A stretch of DNA of 64,000 bases from Rhina ancylostomus (GCA_030265395.1 JARFYF010000054.1:18697729-18761728); one strand, 5' to 3'; positions 12,263-25,763 are shown, counted from the stretch's first letter. The notes: generated by a model not told the origin, from the letters alone. Program-made: numbers and translations.

Positions 12263-12540
12263 GGTGGCAGCACGGTAGCGTAGCTGTTAGCGCAACTCTA
12301 TTACAGCGCCAGCAACCCTGGTTCAATTTCTGCCACTGTCTCTAAGGAGTTTGTACATTCTCCCCGTGTCTGCATGGGTTTCCTCCCACATTCCAAAGAC
12401 GTACGGGTTAGGAAGTTACGGGCATGCTACGTTGGCGCTGGATGCATGGCAACACTTGCGGGCTGCTCCCAGAACACTATGCCAAAGATGCATCTCACTA
12501 TGTGGTTCGACGTACATGTGACTAATAAAGGAATCTTATC
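12263..12540 (+). mobile_element. Near full-length tRNA-derived V-SINE (Rex-tailed family)
   Basis: A-box-like tagcgtagctg, B-box-like ggttcaatttc, V-domain gggtttcctcccacattccaaagac, tail gtacatgtgactaataaag. Confidence 0.92.
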
Positions 12541-15180
12541 ATTGGCAGAAAATAGATTTTCTGCAATGCCCAAAAAGCATCAATTCCTGCTTCTTAAAGT
12601 CTTAACACAACTCTGTTTTTGGTCTTCCACTTTATTTGATTCTCTGAGCACCAAAATCATGGGCAAAAACTTTTGCGATCTTTATCCATCCTTCTTCATT
12701 TGAGATTGCTAGTGGGGTCCAGTTAGAGACATTCCAGAGAGATTAAGCAATATTCCAGTTAATATGGCCATGAACAATGAAAGCACCATCAAAGCAGAAA
12801 TTAAAGTGTGATTAACTTGCAAACAAAAATCAATTTGAGATGTGAACAACGTCCATTTGAGTCATAAAATGGCAAAGTACTCAACACACCCAAAAGGTGG
12901 GCCAAAAGCTTCTCCCTATATTAAAAGAAAGATAACATGACCACTGGTACCTGGCCTTGTGCCACAAATGGAGCAGATGGCTCTGGCCAATGTTCCCATA
13001 ACATTTTGTGCAACTTCAGCCCATAATATGAATGTCCAGAATACTGATTCGCAGAATGGCAGAGCAAGTGGCAGACATCCTTACACCAGGGAAACAAGTT
13101 TGAATTTCTTAACTGAAGCAAGCAGACACGAGAGCTGCACAGTGATCTTTGAAACAGTTTCAGAGCAAAACTAACTAAAGTCGTCTTCTGACCATTCTTA
13201 GGTATATTTAAGAACATTCTGCTCTGGGAAAGTGGATCTTTCAAAAGAATCTGCTGACTTCGGTTATGAAAAGAGTAGGTTGGAGGTTTTGGACTGAATT
13301 ACTGAAGATATTTACATTGTACATAAAAATACCATCTAATAGCAATTGTGTTCAGTAAAAGGTCTTTTTCAATTGCTCTGTGAGTCATTCAGGTATTTGT
13401 GCTTCATCGCAAAGACAAATGAAAAGAAGTGGTAACTGTGGGGTTACGGTCTTGATCCATTTCCAACACAAGAACATCACTAACTGTAGTGGCACAATAG
13501 CCACAGCTTAGAATTTTTTGCCATTAGATCTCTCCAGGCAGTTACTAAAGACTTTGACACAATAGATAGTGCTATCTTAATGCCAGGCAAAGATGATAAC
13601 TCCATTTAGATACCCTTCAGTTGTTTAATTTCATCTCAGAACCTGTGCAACAAGAAGTCTACAGACCTACAGGGTATTCACATACGCAGATACAAATAGG
13701 ATGAGCATGTGGCCTTAAAAGCCTGAAGCACAACCAATTCAATAGGAAGGACTGATCTCTTTGAATAAGCCCAGCATACATGAGATCCAAAACAGAGAGG
13801 GGTGCACAGGAATTTAAATTTGAGCATTTTTGTAAGGGCATTATTAAACAGGTGCAATTTACACATTACATACTTATCGGGGGGAGGGTCCTATCTACTT
13901 GGGCACACCACTGTTTTGGTTGCCAAATTGATTTATTGTGTATATTAATAATTGAAATTTTGGAATTCTTCACACATCATTATCTTACTACACAGCAACC
14001 CAGAGACTTTGATTAGGANNNNNNNNNNAACCATCACTGCTTATGAGTCCAACATAATACAACAAACACGCAACAGAATAAACATCATGAAGCCCAAAGG
14101 ATAACAAGAACCACAGAACAAATCTGCTGCCTGGATATATTTAGCAGAGACCTGCAGTCAATGTCTACAAATCATTTGTTGCTTGCTGTGCCCTGCATAA
14201 TATTCAGGGAGGACAAAAACAGTCTGAAGTTGAAATATAAGAAAGGTGATGTAGAAGTTAAAACACGTAGACCAAGGCTTTCCTCTAAGACAGTGAGGTG
14301 TGGACAGCAAAGAGCAGGATAAACATTACTTTAAAATCAGAGACAAAAGACAGCACCTTGTAACTGAGTGCACTCAGTAAATATAGAGCTGCATAAACAA
14401 ATGATTGTTCTTCCTGCCCACATTTCCTCCAGAAAAAGAGAACTCATTCTCTAGGTTTCTACACTATGCATCCATAGCACAGAATTCACACACTGGCATC
14501 ATCAGCCGAATGCATAGATTCCAAACAGCCATGGGGAAAAAAGTCTTCAGTATTTAAGCTGTCAAGTTGACTTGATTTTCATTATCAAAAATCAGTTCCC
14601 AAAAATTTTTTTACACATTCTAGCTGACATCATTTCTTAGTAAAGCAGCAATCTGCATGACATCAATCTTCCATATCTTTCTCTCCCCCCCCCCCCCCCC
14701 CCGTCAATTGTCTGAGCAATGCAAAAAACCTCTGGGATCCCATGACTCACAACTCACCAGTGCCCAAAATTTAATTTGCTTCCTCTTAAATCCTCTCAAA
14801 TCCTCTCAGGGCCCAGCTCTGTAATCATCATCAGTCCCAGAGCACCCCATCAAATTTTCTTTAGTCCCTCAACTATTCTCTGCTCTACCACACACAGCAG
14901 TGACTTCTTCTGTCTGGACCCTCTGCTCTTCCAGTTCTTCACCTCTTTCTCCTGTACTGTATTATAGTTCCAATGATACTAGAGACTTCACAGTTCCTCA
15001 GTAATCATCCTAGATAGTTTTCTCGATTTGAAGTCTCAAGTCCTCAAAAGTCTTCCACCTTAAATGACTTTCCCTNNNNNNNNNNACAAACATTTAGAGG
15101 TTTCTCTGTTTTACTGTGATTTCTCCTCCTTGCCTCATTCAGGTCCTTGGCAGCTTAAGTCTCTTCTTCATTTATTGAAA

Positions 15181-15804
15181 ATGTTCCCCTCACAGGTCCT
15201 TTAGTCTGATTTCAAAACAACTGTAGAACATAACTTGCCCTCCTAGTGATAAACCTCTCATGAGTAGTCTTAGCCCCACTTAATAAACAAGGTCCTAACC
15301 AAAATCACAAAGTGTGGGTGGAATATTTGCTCTCCAATAAACTCATCTTTTGGAGTATCCAAAGGCATCCTGTAATCAAGATATGGCAGTGTTCTNNNNN
15401 NNNNNNNNNNNNNNNNNNNNNNNNNNNNNNNNNNNNNNNNNNNNNNNNNNNNNNNNNNNNNNNNNNNNNNNNNNNNNNNNNNNNNNNNNNNNNNNATCCT
15501 GTAATCAAGATATGGCAGTGTTCTCCTTAAGAGGATCAAACACACAAACAAATGGATCTTTGGCTTATCCCACCTACAAATGTGTCCCTTAGGAAACCAT
15601 GTGTGGCCCTACTGAGCAGTTTATTTTCATCCCTGCCTTGTGACCTTCACACTTGTGATATTCCACCCACACTTTGTGATTTTGGTTAGGACCTTGTTTA
15701 TTAAGTGGGGCTAAGACTACTCATCAGAGGTTTATCACTAGGAAGGCAAGTTATGTTCTACAGTTGTTTTGAAAATCAGACTAAAGGACCTGTGAGAGGA
15801 ACAT
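15181..15804. repeat. Young inverted repeat, arms 15181-15326 and 15658-15804
   Basis: Arms of about 146 bp are reverse complements with 3 substitutions and 1 indel; the spacer contains an N gap. Confidence 0.9.
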
Positions 15805-16224
15805 CTTCCTTCCTTATGTTTTGTCGTTACCCACTTATAGCTGTTCCTTCTAAATAATCAGCAATGACTGAATCACTGGAGCCACGCTGGAGTTAACTAC
15901 ATCCTGGGTTTTCGCAAATAAGATTTTGTTTTGCAGTCATGACTCACTGAAGTACAAGCACAGCAAGGAGCTTGTAAAGTGCAATAATAAAGAGATACGA
16001 TCTGGATGGTTAACATGGATTATCAACATCTTAATAATGGACTGATAAAGTAGATATTACTCAGGTTACAAAAAACACAACTTAGAAGCATGGTAACTCT
16101 TGAAGCTGACACAGCACATAATGTACATATTCATAAGCTCCTTCAAGACAACAATGAATAAAATATGTAACAGGAACATTTATATATATTAATGGGTATC
16201 CATAGACATGCCATACAACATTTG

Positions 16225-17010
16225 CAATTTGTGTATAGTATATCTAGCACCTTTAACATAGTAAAGCATTTCTCGACACTTGAGGCCTTGTCAAATAAAA
16301 TTTAACATAACCCACAAAAGGATATTGGGGCAAAAGTTCAAAATGTAGGTCAGAGACAGGTTTTAAGCAACACCCAATAAGTAGGAAAAGGTTAACAGCA
16401 TAGGAATTTCCCTTGTTTGAGGCCCTGGCAGCTAAAAAGGTACAGTTTCTAGTGGCAGAGGGGACAGAATTGAAGTAGTGCAGAGGGCTCGTAGAGTTGG
16501 AGAAAATTATGGAGAGAGGAGAATGGAGGGGCAATGTCACAGAGGGAATGGTGAACAAGAAAGAGAACGTTAAAATCAGATCAGTTGCTTAACAGAGAGG
16601 TTAGCAAGCAGAGGGCCAAGGGGTGAATGGGCCAATTCTGCCCACATCTTAATTTACAGCAAACCTTTTTGGATGACTTCAGATTTATGGAGGGTTGCAC
16701 CTATGAAGTCATCGAGAAATGCACAATATAGTCCATTCCAAATATGGTAAAGGCATGGGTTGGGGTTTCTTTGACCAGAAATAAGAGGACACAGCCAAGG
16801 TTTGTGTGGGAAGACACCATAAATGATTTGCTAACTGCGGCTGACTCACATCCTTTGTGACTTCGATAAGAGTCATTTCAGTATAGGGGAGGATCGGAAA
16901 CCTGGCTGGAGGCATGGAAGTGTGTGCTGCTTTTGGAAAGCTGGCCACAGATTTGAGAGATGGCAGCTGTTCGACAAGATCAGAATTCCAGAGTACCTTG
17001 TTGATAAAAT
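16225..17010 (-). mobile_element. L2 LINE, RT fragment plus 3' end, decayed
   Basis: ORF 16709-17020 PARFPILPYTEMTLIEVTKD corresponds to QSGFR..HSTETAL.KV.ND; L2-type 3' end near 16230-16440. Confidence 0.75.
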
Positions 17011-17374
17011 GCTCTATCACTGTAGGATGTCTGTTCTCTGCAGATTCCTAACAAGCAATGATACTCATTTGCTGAGTGTACAAAGATACACAAGGCCCAA
17101 AAGAAAGCTTAAAACAAGGTATGCATACTTCATTCAAGGGCTACCCACAGAATCGCCCTCTGGACCTTTTCTAAAAACCTGCTACCCAGAGTAGTGTGTC
17201 ACATTACAATCTTTAAAAGCATTAACAGTCATTGTTCATAACCAATATTACATATGCTAAAACTGTCAACAGCCATCTCCAAAATACATCCATTTCCTCT
17301 ACTACTTAACCCATATTGGTTAACAGATGATGAGCTGATAGCAAAAAGATAAAATCTGCATGTCTTCTTCCATA

Positions 17375-17797
17375 TATGAGTTAGAGAACAGGATCAACCT
17401 GTACTTTCTCCATGGAAAAAGAGAGGATTGGAATGGTGGAAGTGAAATATCCATGATTGAAATGAGCCTGGCTGCACATGAGGACCAAAGTGTTGAATGA
17501 CATTGTAAGGAATAGAATCAAGCCTCATTTGACCTCTTATCGGTCAGTCAATACAAGTCCAACAAGAAAAACTGAAGGAGATTTCTTTCTTTAAATATGG
17601 TAATGACAGGACTGGAGTGTTTGGATGCTGGAAATAATTTAATAGTAAATTTCAAGAAGACATTGGAAAGGAGCAAAGGGAAAATTTGCAGACACTTGGG
17701 GAAAATTCCAAGAGTGAAAATAATTGAATTGTTCTTTCAAAGGGTTTGTACAAGTATGCTGGGCCAAATGGTTTATTTCTGTAATGGAGGTTTCTAC
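17375..17797 (+). mobile_element. CR1 3' end, old
   Basis: ttctccatggaaaaagagagg...gaaaatttgcag...gctgggccaaatggtttatttctgt. Confidence 0.6.
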
Positions 17798-18534
17798 AAT
17801 AATAACATTCCCTTTGACCCTCATTCATCACAGTATCCATTCAATAATCTCCAGAGAATACTCCCTTCTAATGATGTATAGTCACAGATACAGCTATTCA
17901 ACCATAGCATTAAAATACATTGCAACTTACCCTCTCAACCAACCCCTCCTTTCCATGATTAGGACCAGTGAGTAGTTCCACTGGACCTAATTAGAGTGTG
18001 GCTGAATTTTAGATTCAGCTGATTTCCTGCGCGTTGGGCCAGCCAAACACAAAATCACCTGAGAGTTAAGTGGACATTTCAGATTACAGATCAAGAAACC
18101 AGCTCCCCCTGGACAGAGCTATAACACCGCACTAAAAACAGCCTCCAGCCCAATTAATCTCTCAAGACAGCCCATGGGCTAGCCCGTAACAGTTTCCTCA
18201 ATTTCCACAAAATACTGGGAGGCACTCAGATTCCGAAGTGACCTTGGCTGCAATCTCTCAGGCCCAGATCTTCTGCAGCAAGTGTTTTGGCCTCAACTTT
18301 GTTCACCATTTTGAATGCTGCCACCAATTTCCTGCAGGAACTCCCACTTACATCAAGACACGGCAAGTGTGGGCCAAATGCAAAGTATTCGGCACATGAC
18401 CTATACCAGATACACAGGGAAAACTGGCACACAACTTGAAACGGTTAATTTAAAATATTTTTTCTGACCATGTGGCAAAAAAATTATGGCAGGCAAAACA
18501 CAGTGGGAGGTCATTCAAGACATTGGGACAATGC

Positions 18535-18675
18535 AAACACACAAGAAACAAGAGTTGGAGCTGTGGACCATTTGGTCCCTTGTGCCTGTACTGCCATTCA
18601 CTGATATCATGACTGATCTTATGACACGATTTTGCTGTACTAACCCTTTAATTCCCTGGAGCAAAGAGAAATTCA
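18535..18675 (-). mobile_element. CR1 3' tail
   Basis: gaccatttggtcccttgtgcctgtactgccattcactgatatcatgactgatct is the reverse complement of a CR1 tail. Confidence 0.7.
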
Positions 18676-18779
18676 TGTTGGGATTCTAACAAAGATTAAT
18701 ATCCAAATAATTACAGGTGATCTTTTAAAAATAAAGCAATGGGATTTGGACATATAGACACATGAAGGAGAGTGACAGT

Positions 18780-19135
18780 TACACACCGACTTGTGCTGGG
18801 TGCACAAGATCCAACACTGACTGCTCCCTGCTGACTGCCAAGGTTGGTGGAATCACCAAAACCTTCTCCAGGATTCCAAAAACTGAGTAAACTAGTCACC
18901 AACATTAAAAAGACAGCTTCAGCATACTTCATAAGGTGAGTGTTACAGAAGTGCTCCAAGTGATGGAATGAATTCATTTCAAGTACACCAAGTGCTCAAA
19001 GAGGATAGATGGTAATAATCGCCAATAGCCCAAGTACTTCCCAATGACCGATACTCCAAAGGCAGCCAAGGAGAGAGCTGATCAAATACGGAAGGCTAGG
19101 TACCAAAATGGTTCACTGACCACATGAAGTTTTGG
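18780..19135 (+). mobile_element. Possible ancient RTE-clade LINE C-terminal remnant
   Basis: Faint R.D...R.PK.L and G.PK..F.D..K pattern, frameshifted. Confidence 0.28.
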
Positions 19136-19916
19136 AATACCTTCAAACTACAAAAGGCCTAACTTGCTATAGTTAATCAATATCTCATTAAGTCCGTCCA
19201 CATAGGAGACAGAGTACAGAACTGAAAGTGACATCTCAGTGGCCTTGGTTTGTTCCTTCTTTGGCAGCCTTCCCTCAGTACTCTCCACATGCAACTCTCC
19301 CTCTACATACATGCACCCATTTCAACAGGATAAACTCCATCAATATTCAGTTGGTCATTGAATGATGAAGGGGAAAACAGAAGGTGGCCCTGAGGAGTAA
19401 TCTAGTAAACTTCCCTCTTGCATTGAAGATTGTTTGCATCTACCCTTGCCTTTCGTAAGGGGAATATCCCACCTGTAAAAGATAATGCCAAATTCCACTG
19501 GCTCAAAGCCTGCTGAACTTCACACTGTCAACTGCCTTTTCTGCTGAGAAAGTTGAATTTTACTGCATAAACTGGGAGGTAGATTCTCCTGTAGTTACAG
19601 TATATGACTGATAGAAGAGTTCATTAAATATATCTGATATCAGCTTGTAAGAACAAAAATTTTCAGATATCTAGGGTGCTATCTGTGGTGTTCAGAAACC
19701 ACTGAAGTTTGCTCCATTACTTTAGACCTCACAGCCCTTGTAGGTAAAAGGAAAGAAGCCCAAAGAAATGAACGCAGCATTCTCACTTTCAGATTTGAAT
19801 AATTGTTGTGCTGAAGACAGGTGATGGAGATATGGTTTAATGTGCGCTTCAGAATTTCCCAGTAATGTATTTTTCAGCACTAAGTTATTCCATTCTTTAA
19901 AATCTCAGAAGTTTGG

Positions 19917-19994
19917 ACCCAGGGCAGAATTGGCGTAACCTCAAAACATGTCAAAACCCAAGACAGAATTTGCGTAACGTCAAAACATGTCAAA
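19917..19994. repeat. 2 x 39-bp tandem duplication
   Basis: acccagggcagaattggcgtaacctcaaaacatgtcaaa / acccaagacagaatttgcgtaacgtcaaaacatgtcaaa. Confidence 0.92.
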
Positions 19995-20064
19995 GTGGTG
20001 CCCGGACAATATATTTTTAAAATGTTATTACCATTGTATTGCAGGAAAAACAAAGACAGTTCTT

Positions 20065-20310
20065 TATCTCGCAAGGTCACACAAATAGCAATATGATTTG
20101 ATCAAATAATCGATTTTAGTGATATTTTTGGAGAGATAAACATTGACCAAGACATCAGGATGAATGCCCTTGTAATTCTTAAAACAATACTATGGAATCA
20201 CTTACCTCCACAAGGTCAGACAGGGACTCAGTACTTCTCTGTAATGCAGTCTAAATTGTTGTGCTCCAGCTCTGCCTGAGACTTAAAGGCACACAGTCTT
20301 GGATTCAGAT
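20065..20310 (-). mobile_element. Deu-domain SINE (SacSINE1/AmnSINE1-like), old
   Basis: gtgatatttttggagagataaacattgaccaagacatcagg...gtgctccagctctg...gacttaaa matches the reverse complement of the Deu domain and head. Confidence 0.7.
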
Positions 20311-21779
20311 CCATTTCTGGCCAACAGAGTCACAAAGGCTTGTTCAGATAGAGTAATGAACACGAATATCCATCTGACCTCCCCTTCTGTAATTAACTTC
20401 ACAGAGCCATGGACCAGTAAACACAGATCAAAATCTGATGCCAAGTTCATTACTAGCCATCCCAATTCCACATTACAAGGTGGTTCAAAAGTGCAATAAT
20501 TTTTGATGAAAATGCTTGCNNNNNNNNNNNNNNNNNNNNNNNNNNNNNNNNNNNNNNNNNNNNNNNNNNNNNNNNNNNNNNNNNNNNNNNNNNNNNNNNN
20601 NNNNNNNNNNNNNNNNNNNCAATTACTCACTATCTTACCACAGCCATCCTACATGTAGCATCTTGTTACCTGCAAAGTGGCTTGTTTACTGTACATCAAT
20701 GAACATGAATTAGTATAGCACTTACAATTGAATTATTCTTCAGTGTCAATTACATAGTTATATTCATCCTATTTTAATAACAATTTCTACACAAATGTAA
20801 ACACACTATAATCCTGACAGTCTTATATATCTTGCTCATTCTTTAAGGTACATGTGGCTATGTAACTCTCCACCCCCCCATTCTCTGAAGTTATTTCATA
20901 AGTAACCATGTCACAGGTGCAACATTCATCTGAAACATCACATTCTACAGAACAGTCGCTAATGGAATAATGAAAGACATATGAAATTGGATAAAGAAAT
21001 ACAAATGTATTCTAGCACACGCTGACCCAACATTTTTGGACAACAAAATTAAGACATATAGCATGTATATGATTGTACATATGAAAATAAAGTTTCCAAT
21101 ATCCTAGCAAAATGAGTTATTTTATAAAGTTCATGCCCTAAATTTACACAAAATATGAAAAATCATGAGCCAAAGTCCAACACCACCATTTCAACAGTCC
21201 AAATGACTCAATGAAACTGTACATTCCCTCTCCAAAGATCATTTTGAAATCAGTATGTCAAAGTATTAAATGTATATTTTATTAATCAAAAGTCAAATTA
21301 GAAAAGTCTAACTGAATTTGCTGTGTCTTCATTAACTTGTCATCAAATGTCCTGGCTATTAAATGTAGTCTTTAATACTCTTCATTCTTCTTTGTATTTT
21401 GCTTGAGATCAATGCTCAATACGAAAAGATTCGATTCTTCCAGATGGAAGACTGATCACATCAAAAGGCAGGTCACCACAATAATGAAACAACTATCTGA
21501 ACTCAATTTTCTATGTGAAGTTCTGATAGAAATTAAATACTAATATTTTTGTGCATCTTTCTCTATAGTTAGAGGCTTATGGGATTTTATTTCCAATTCC
21601 AGGCATTTTATTGTAACTTATTTTTACCCAATTCTCTCTTTGGCATATAAAAGTCCTAAATGAAGATATCTTTTTGCCTCCATCACTTAATTATGAAGAT
21701 ATTTCATCCCTGTTTTCTTCTATATGTTTATGTACACATTGCTGGCAAGCTCTGCACTTATTGCCTTTCCACAAAAGTC

Positions 21780-22045
21780 CATAATCACATTGCTGCTGGT
21801 CTGAATTCACACATGGGCCAAACCATGGAAATTTCTTTCCCAGAACAACAATGGTGAGTGAGATTGTTTTTTTTATTACAGTCCAGTAGTTTGGGGTTTA
21901 CAATTATGGATACCAGTTGTTTAATTTCACATTTATTTTCAATACTTGAATTTAAAATTCTCCTACTGCCATGATAGAATTCCAGCATCTGCAGCCTCTT
22001 GCATCTCCATAACAGCCCAAGTCTTTGAATACTCATCACAAACCA
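21780..22045 (-). mobile_element. Old elasmobranch tRNA-derived SINE
   Basis: cacattgctgctggtctgaattcacacatgggccaaacca...gaatttaaaattctcctactgccatgatagaattc. Confidence 0.6.
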
Positions 22046-24186
22046 GTTTCTCTGCCTCTTATTCGCCATCGTGAGCAACAACACAACTCACACTGTGTTG
22101 AATCAACTGGGCTCAATGCAGTTCATGCTAACATGTCTATTGGTTGCTGATGGATCTAGTTTGCTTAAAGAAATTACGTGACCTCCTACCCCTTAAAAAT
22201 GCAATAATTTTTTTGTCCTCTGGTGAAAGCTTATGGTTGCTTTTAATTAAAGCTGAAATGTACAATAGTGGCAAAACATAAGAGGCCAATATGTTGCTTG
22301 GAGTGACATTTCCCAGTGTTGCATTGCAAGTTAGAATGGTGACCTTCCCTTACAATTAAACCTCATTTCATATGCAGATATCACCATAACACACATGGAG
22401 AAACATCTGTAAGTAGCTGGGCAAATCTGACAGGCTATCAAATTATTCAAGAGATCATTAAATTAAATGTGCAACTTAATTCCCTAGTCTTTTTAACTGG
22501 AAATTCATTGTTCAGTACAAAGAGATATAATTTTTTTTGAAGTGCTGGGAACACACAAATCAGTCAGCAGATTAATGTAGGGTTTAAATAAAATGCTACC
22601 CCATACAAAATTTAACTTGCCTTTGCACCTGATGTTATAAATTACTGTCCATTTTGAACATTTTTTTGCCAACATTATCCTTCAGGTGCCTTTCAAAAAC
22701 AATGTACATATTAATATTCATATTTTCTCTTAATGATCACAGTGAGCACAAAGAACTAAACAAGCAAACAAGTTTTGGAGCAGCACATCCCTACAAAAAC
22801 AAAAGGTAATTTTAAATACAATTTCTTTCTTGCTTTCCAGTTTGTGGTAAGACATGGGTCCTGGTCACACAGATGAAACAATGTCATAAAAGTGCTGGCA
22901 GCTTCTGGCACGTGCACATTAACAGTTGGATGTGGAAATCCAGAAGCTGCTGTGACTGATCCCCTTGCTCCTGCAACAGGGATCACCATTTTGCAGTCTT
23001 CTCCAGATATCCATGATCAGATAAAAACTTCAGATTTTTTATGAATTATTCAATGACTTGAAAACTTTATGCTACCTTGCAAAAGTGTTTACAATGCTGC
23101 AACTAAGCCACAATTACCACAACATTTTTGAAAGGTACAATTTACTTTAAAAATTTTGATGTGTGTGTCATTTTTGTTTGTCCTCTAAGTGTTAACAAAA
23201 TCTGATACTTATTTCCTGAATTTGTTGTCTGTTATTCTTGCCCCTGGCTAAAACAGTGTTTAAGTTTGGGGTCTGTAACCTATTGTATGGTCTTTGTAGA
23301 GAGGGTGTTTATTATATCAAAGACACCTCTATCAATTTTGTAGAGAGAGAAGGATATAATATAATCCATTATTCAATCTGGGTTACCTCATTCACAGGCA
23401 GAGGGAGGAATGATTTGTCACTTATGCACCAAATGACTGCATCATCTTGTCATATTCAGTTCCACCCAAGTCCTTAGAAACCCAAGGAGCCTCATTGGAT
23501 TCAGAGCAAGTGCCATGTTTCATTAGATTTTAAGTCTAGACTGTAATCCATTCATTGAAATTGATGAGGCAAGGGGAAAATGGGTCCAGAAAGGGATTCT
23601 TGGAAGAATCAACAAGTATTTGTGGGGGGGGGGTGTTGGGACAGAGGATGATGGGGTCAGAGAAGATAACTTCCCTGTGTCATGGCCTATTAGCTGAAGT
23701 AAGGTGTGCCAATATTCAATAGCAACAGAGCAACTGATTTGGGGGCTGGGTTAAGGATTGTTGACTATCCCCATAGCCAGGGCATTCAATGACCAATGGA
23801 CATTCACTGATCAAGCTGCCCTGTTCAATGGAATACAATGAAAATCAGCATTCAAAAGGTCAAAAGACCTCCCAGCCAAGAAGTTTGTAAAACTTTGTTC
23901 TGTGTGAATTCTTCAATGCAACTGGCTGCATCTTTAAATTGGTGACATTAGTTGAGCCTTGACCCAATCAATAGAGTTGTCTCTGAACACAACCAAGGCT
24001 AGAAAAGGGAAAAGGCAAAACCTTAGATCACTAGATCTTTGTGGGCTGTTTTCTTCAAGGATGGCAGTGAACACCAACACTGGACCACTGACTGCCAAAT
24101 TTAGGCCATTATTTTTAAAGATAATGCAAGCTTTGTCTGGTGCATGATGTCAACATTAAGTAAATCTGGTCTGTTCAATGTACTAC

Positions 24187-24245
24187 AAGATAAAATAAAA
24201 TATCTTTATTAGTTACTTGTATGCTGAAACACTGAAATGCATCTG
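24187..24245 (-). mobile_element. Tail-only fragment of the Rex-tailed V-SINE
   Basis: atatctttattagttacttgtatgctgaaacactgaaatgcatct is the reverse complement of the SINE tail. Confidence 0.75.
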
Positions 24246-25404
24246 TGCTACCAGCCATCCACTGCAAAACACAAACAACTGATTATTTAGTCAGTCAATG
24301 CTGGCAATACTTGTCCGCATTATAAACAGTCAAGTTGCGATGGGTTTGTGATAAGCAAATAAAATCTTAACAATTTAAAAGTATCCATTGCCCTATAAAG
24401 ACCACTAATTACTACAGGCTACCATTATGCCAGTGAGCTAGTCAAGTGAGATAATGGTGCATACGTTTAAACCACTCAGGCAGAATCTGTGGTGCAATCC
24501 ATCTGCCAACAGAAAAGGAAACTCATCCCAGCACAAACCAATGTCGAAACCAATGCACTTGGAAGGCATCTTGCATTCGAATCAAAATTGCATGAGAAAT
24601 AAATGTTTTGGCAAATCTCTTGTTCTGCAGATCCCAGGAAAGTAGTAAAAATAAAAGAAAAATGTCTGCATTTGAAACCTGCTTCACCTTAAATTGTTTT
24701 CTTCCTTTGTTTCTGCTTTCTTCAAAGTGTCTCTCTTTTCCAGATAACTAATTTCTTCTTTTATTTTACCCAACAGATCTCAGTTCTTATACGCTGCTTC
24801 AGGTTGCCCTATTTTCTTCACTCTACTGTTTTGTTCAGGAATTATTCCATTGCAGAACATGGAAGATATGAGGATTGGTGTAATGTCTAGTCACTGGGCC
24901 CAGGTCATATGTTCTTGCTTCCCTTGCATTCAAAACTTCAGCCCCCTCCTCAAACACCCAAGGGTTCAATATTACAATGCTGAAGCAGGAATTTTTGATC
25001 TTGCAAAACTATCACATCAAACCACACCTTCAGCATACAACAACATTCAGTCCCCAGAGCAAGAGGAATGTGTGGGAGCAGCAGTGAGGGATGGCATCAG
25101 TGATGTTGATCTTCAACACTGAACAGTCACCTGAATAGTTCTTCTGAATTGCAGACAGTTGGCTTGTACAAGGCAGGACCTGGCTGGCAGATGGGAGCCT
25201 TGAGAACAAAGCTAACAGATCCTCTGAGACTTAGTACTGGGCAGACATACAACAACTAAAGAAGGGGGGGAAGGTTAGGGAAAAGGTCAGTAATCAGTAT
25301 TGTAGTCTCTAAATTCCAGAAGAAAAGAATTAAAAGTCTGCCAGTTTTCTTCAACTTGTTATCAAGGTTCGTACTTTACCAATTGTGAGTAGATTTTTCT
25401 TCTT

Positions 25405-25524
25405 TTGGAAATGTAGGAAGAATAAAATGGGATTAGTGTAGAATTAGGGTAAATGGGTGCTTCTTTGTCAACACAGTGGGCCGAGGGGCCTGTCTCTGTC
25501 CTGAATATCTCCATGACTCTATGA
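25405..25524 (+). mobile_element. HE1-type SINE 3' part
   Basis: gaataaaatgggattagtgtagaattagggtaaatggg...gtgggccgaggggcctgtctctgt...gactctatga. Confidence 0.8.
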
Positions 25525-25763
25525 GAGGGAGCAAACTGCAGTTGTGTTTGAGATGCTTTCAGGTGCACTCGAGAGCATTTAGTCTGCATTTTTAGCCTTT
25601 GAAGAAACCATATCCTTCTCCATTTCATCAGATAGCCCCGAGACATGAAGTTAACTGTGTGGATGGATTAAATCAACAAGTATTGCTGTGTGGCTATTCA
25701 TACCCTGCAGATCGTTCAATACATCCTTGGGTGAACCAATCAGGGCAAAAATCAAAGGAAGTA

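Noticed and set aside
12263-12335. tRNA gene (also at 41788)
   Set aside because: The A and B boxes belong to SINE heads; there is no full cloverleaf and the SINE body follows directly
14685-14702. Poly-C run as a functional G-quadruplex
   Set aside because: Simple homopolymer with no supporting context
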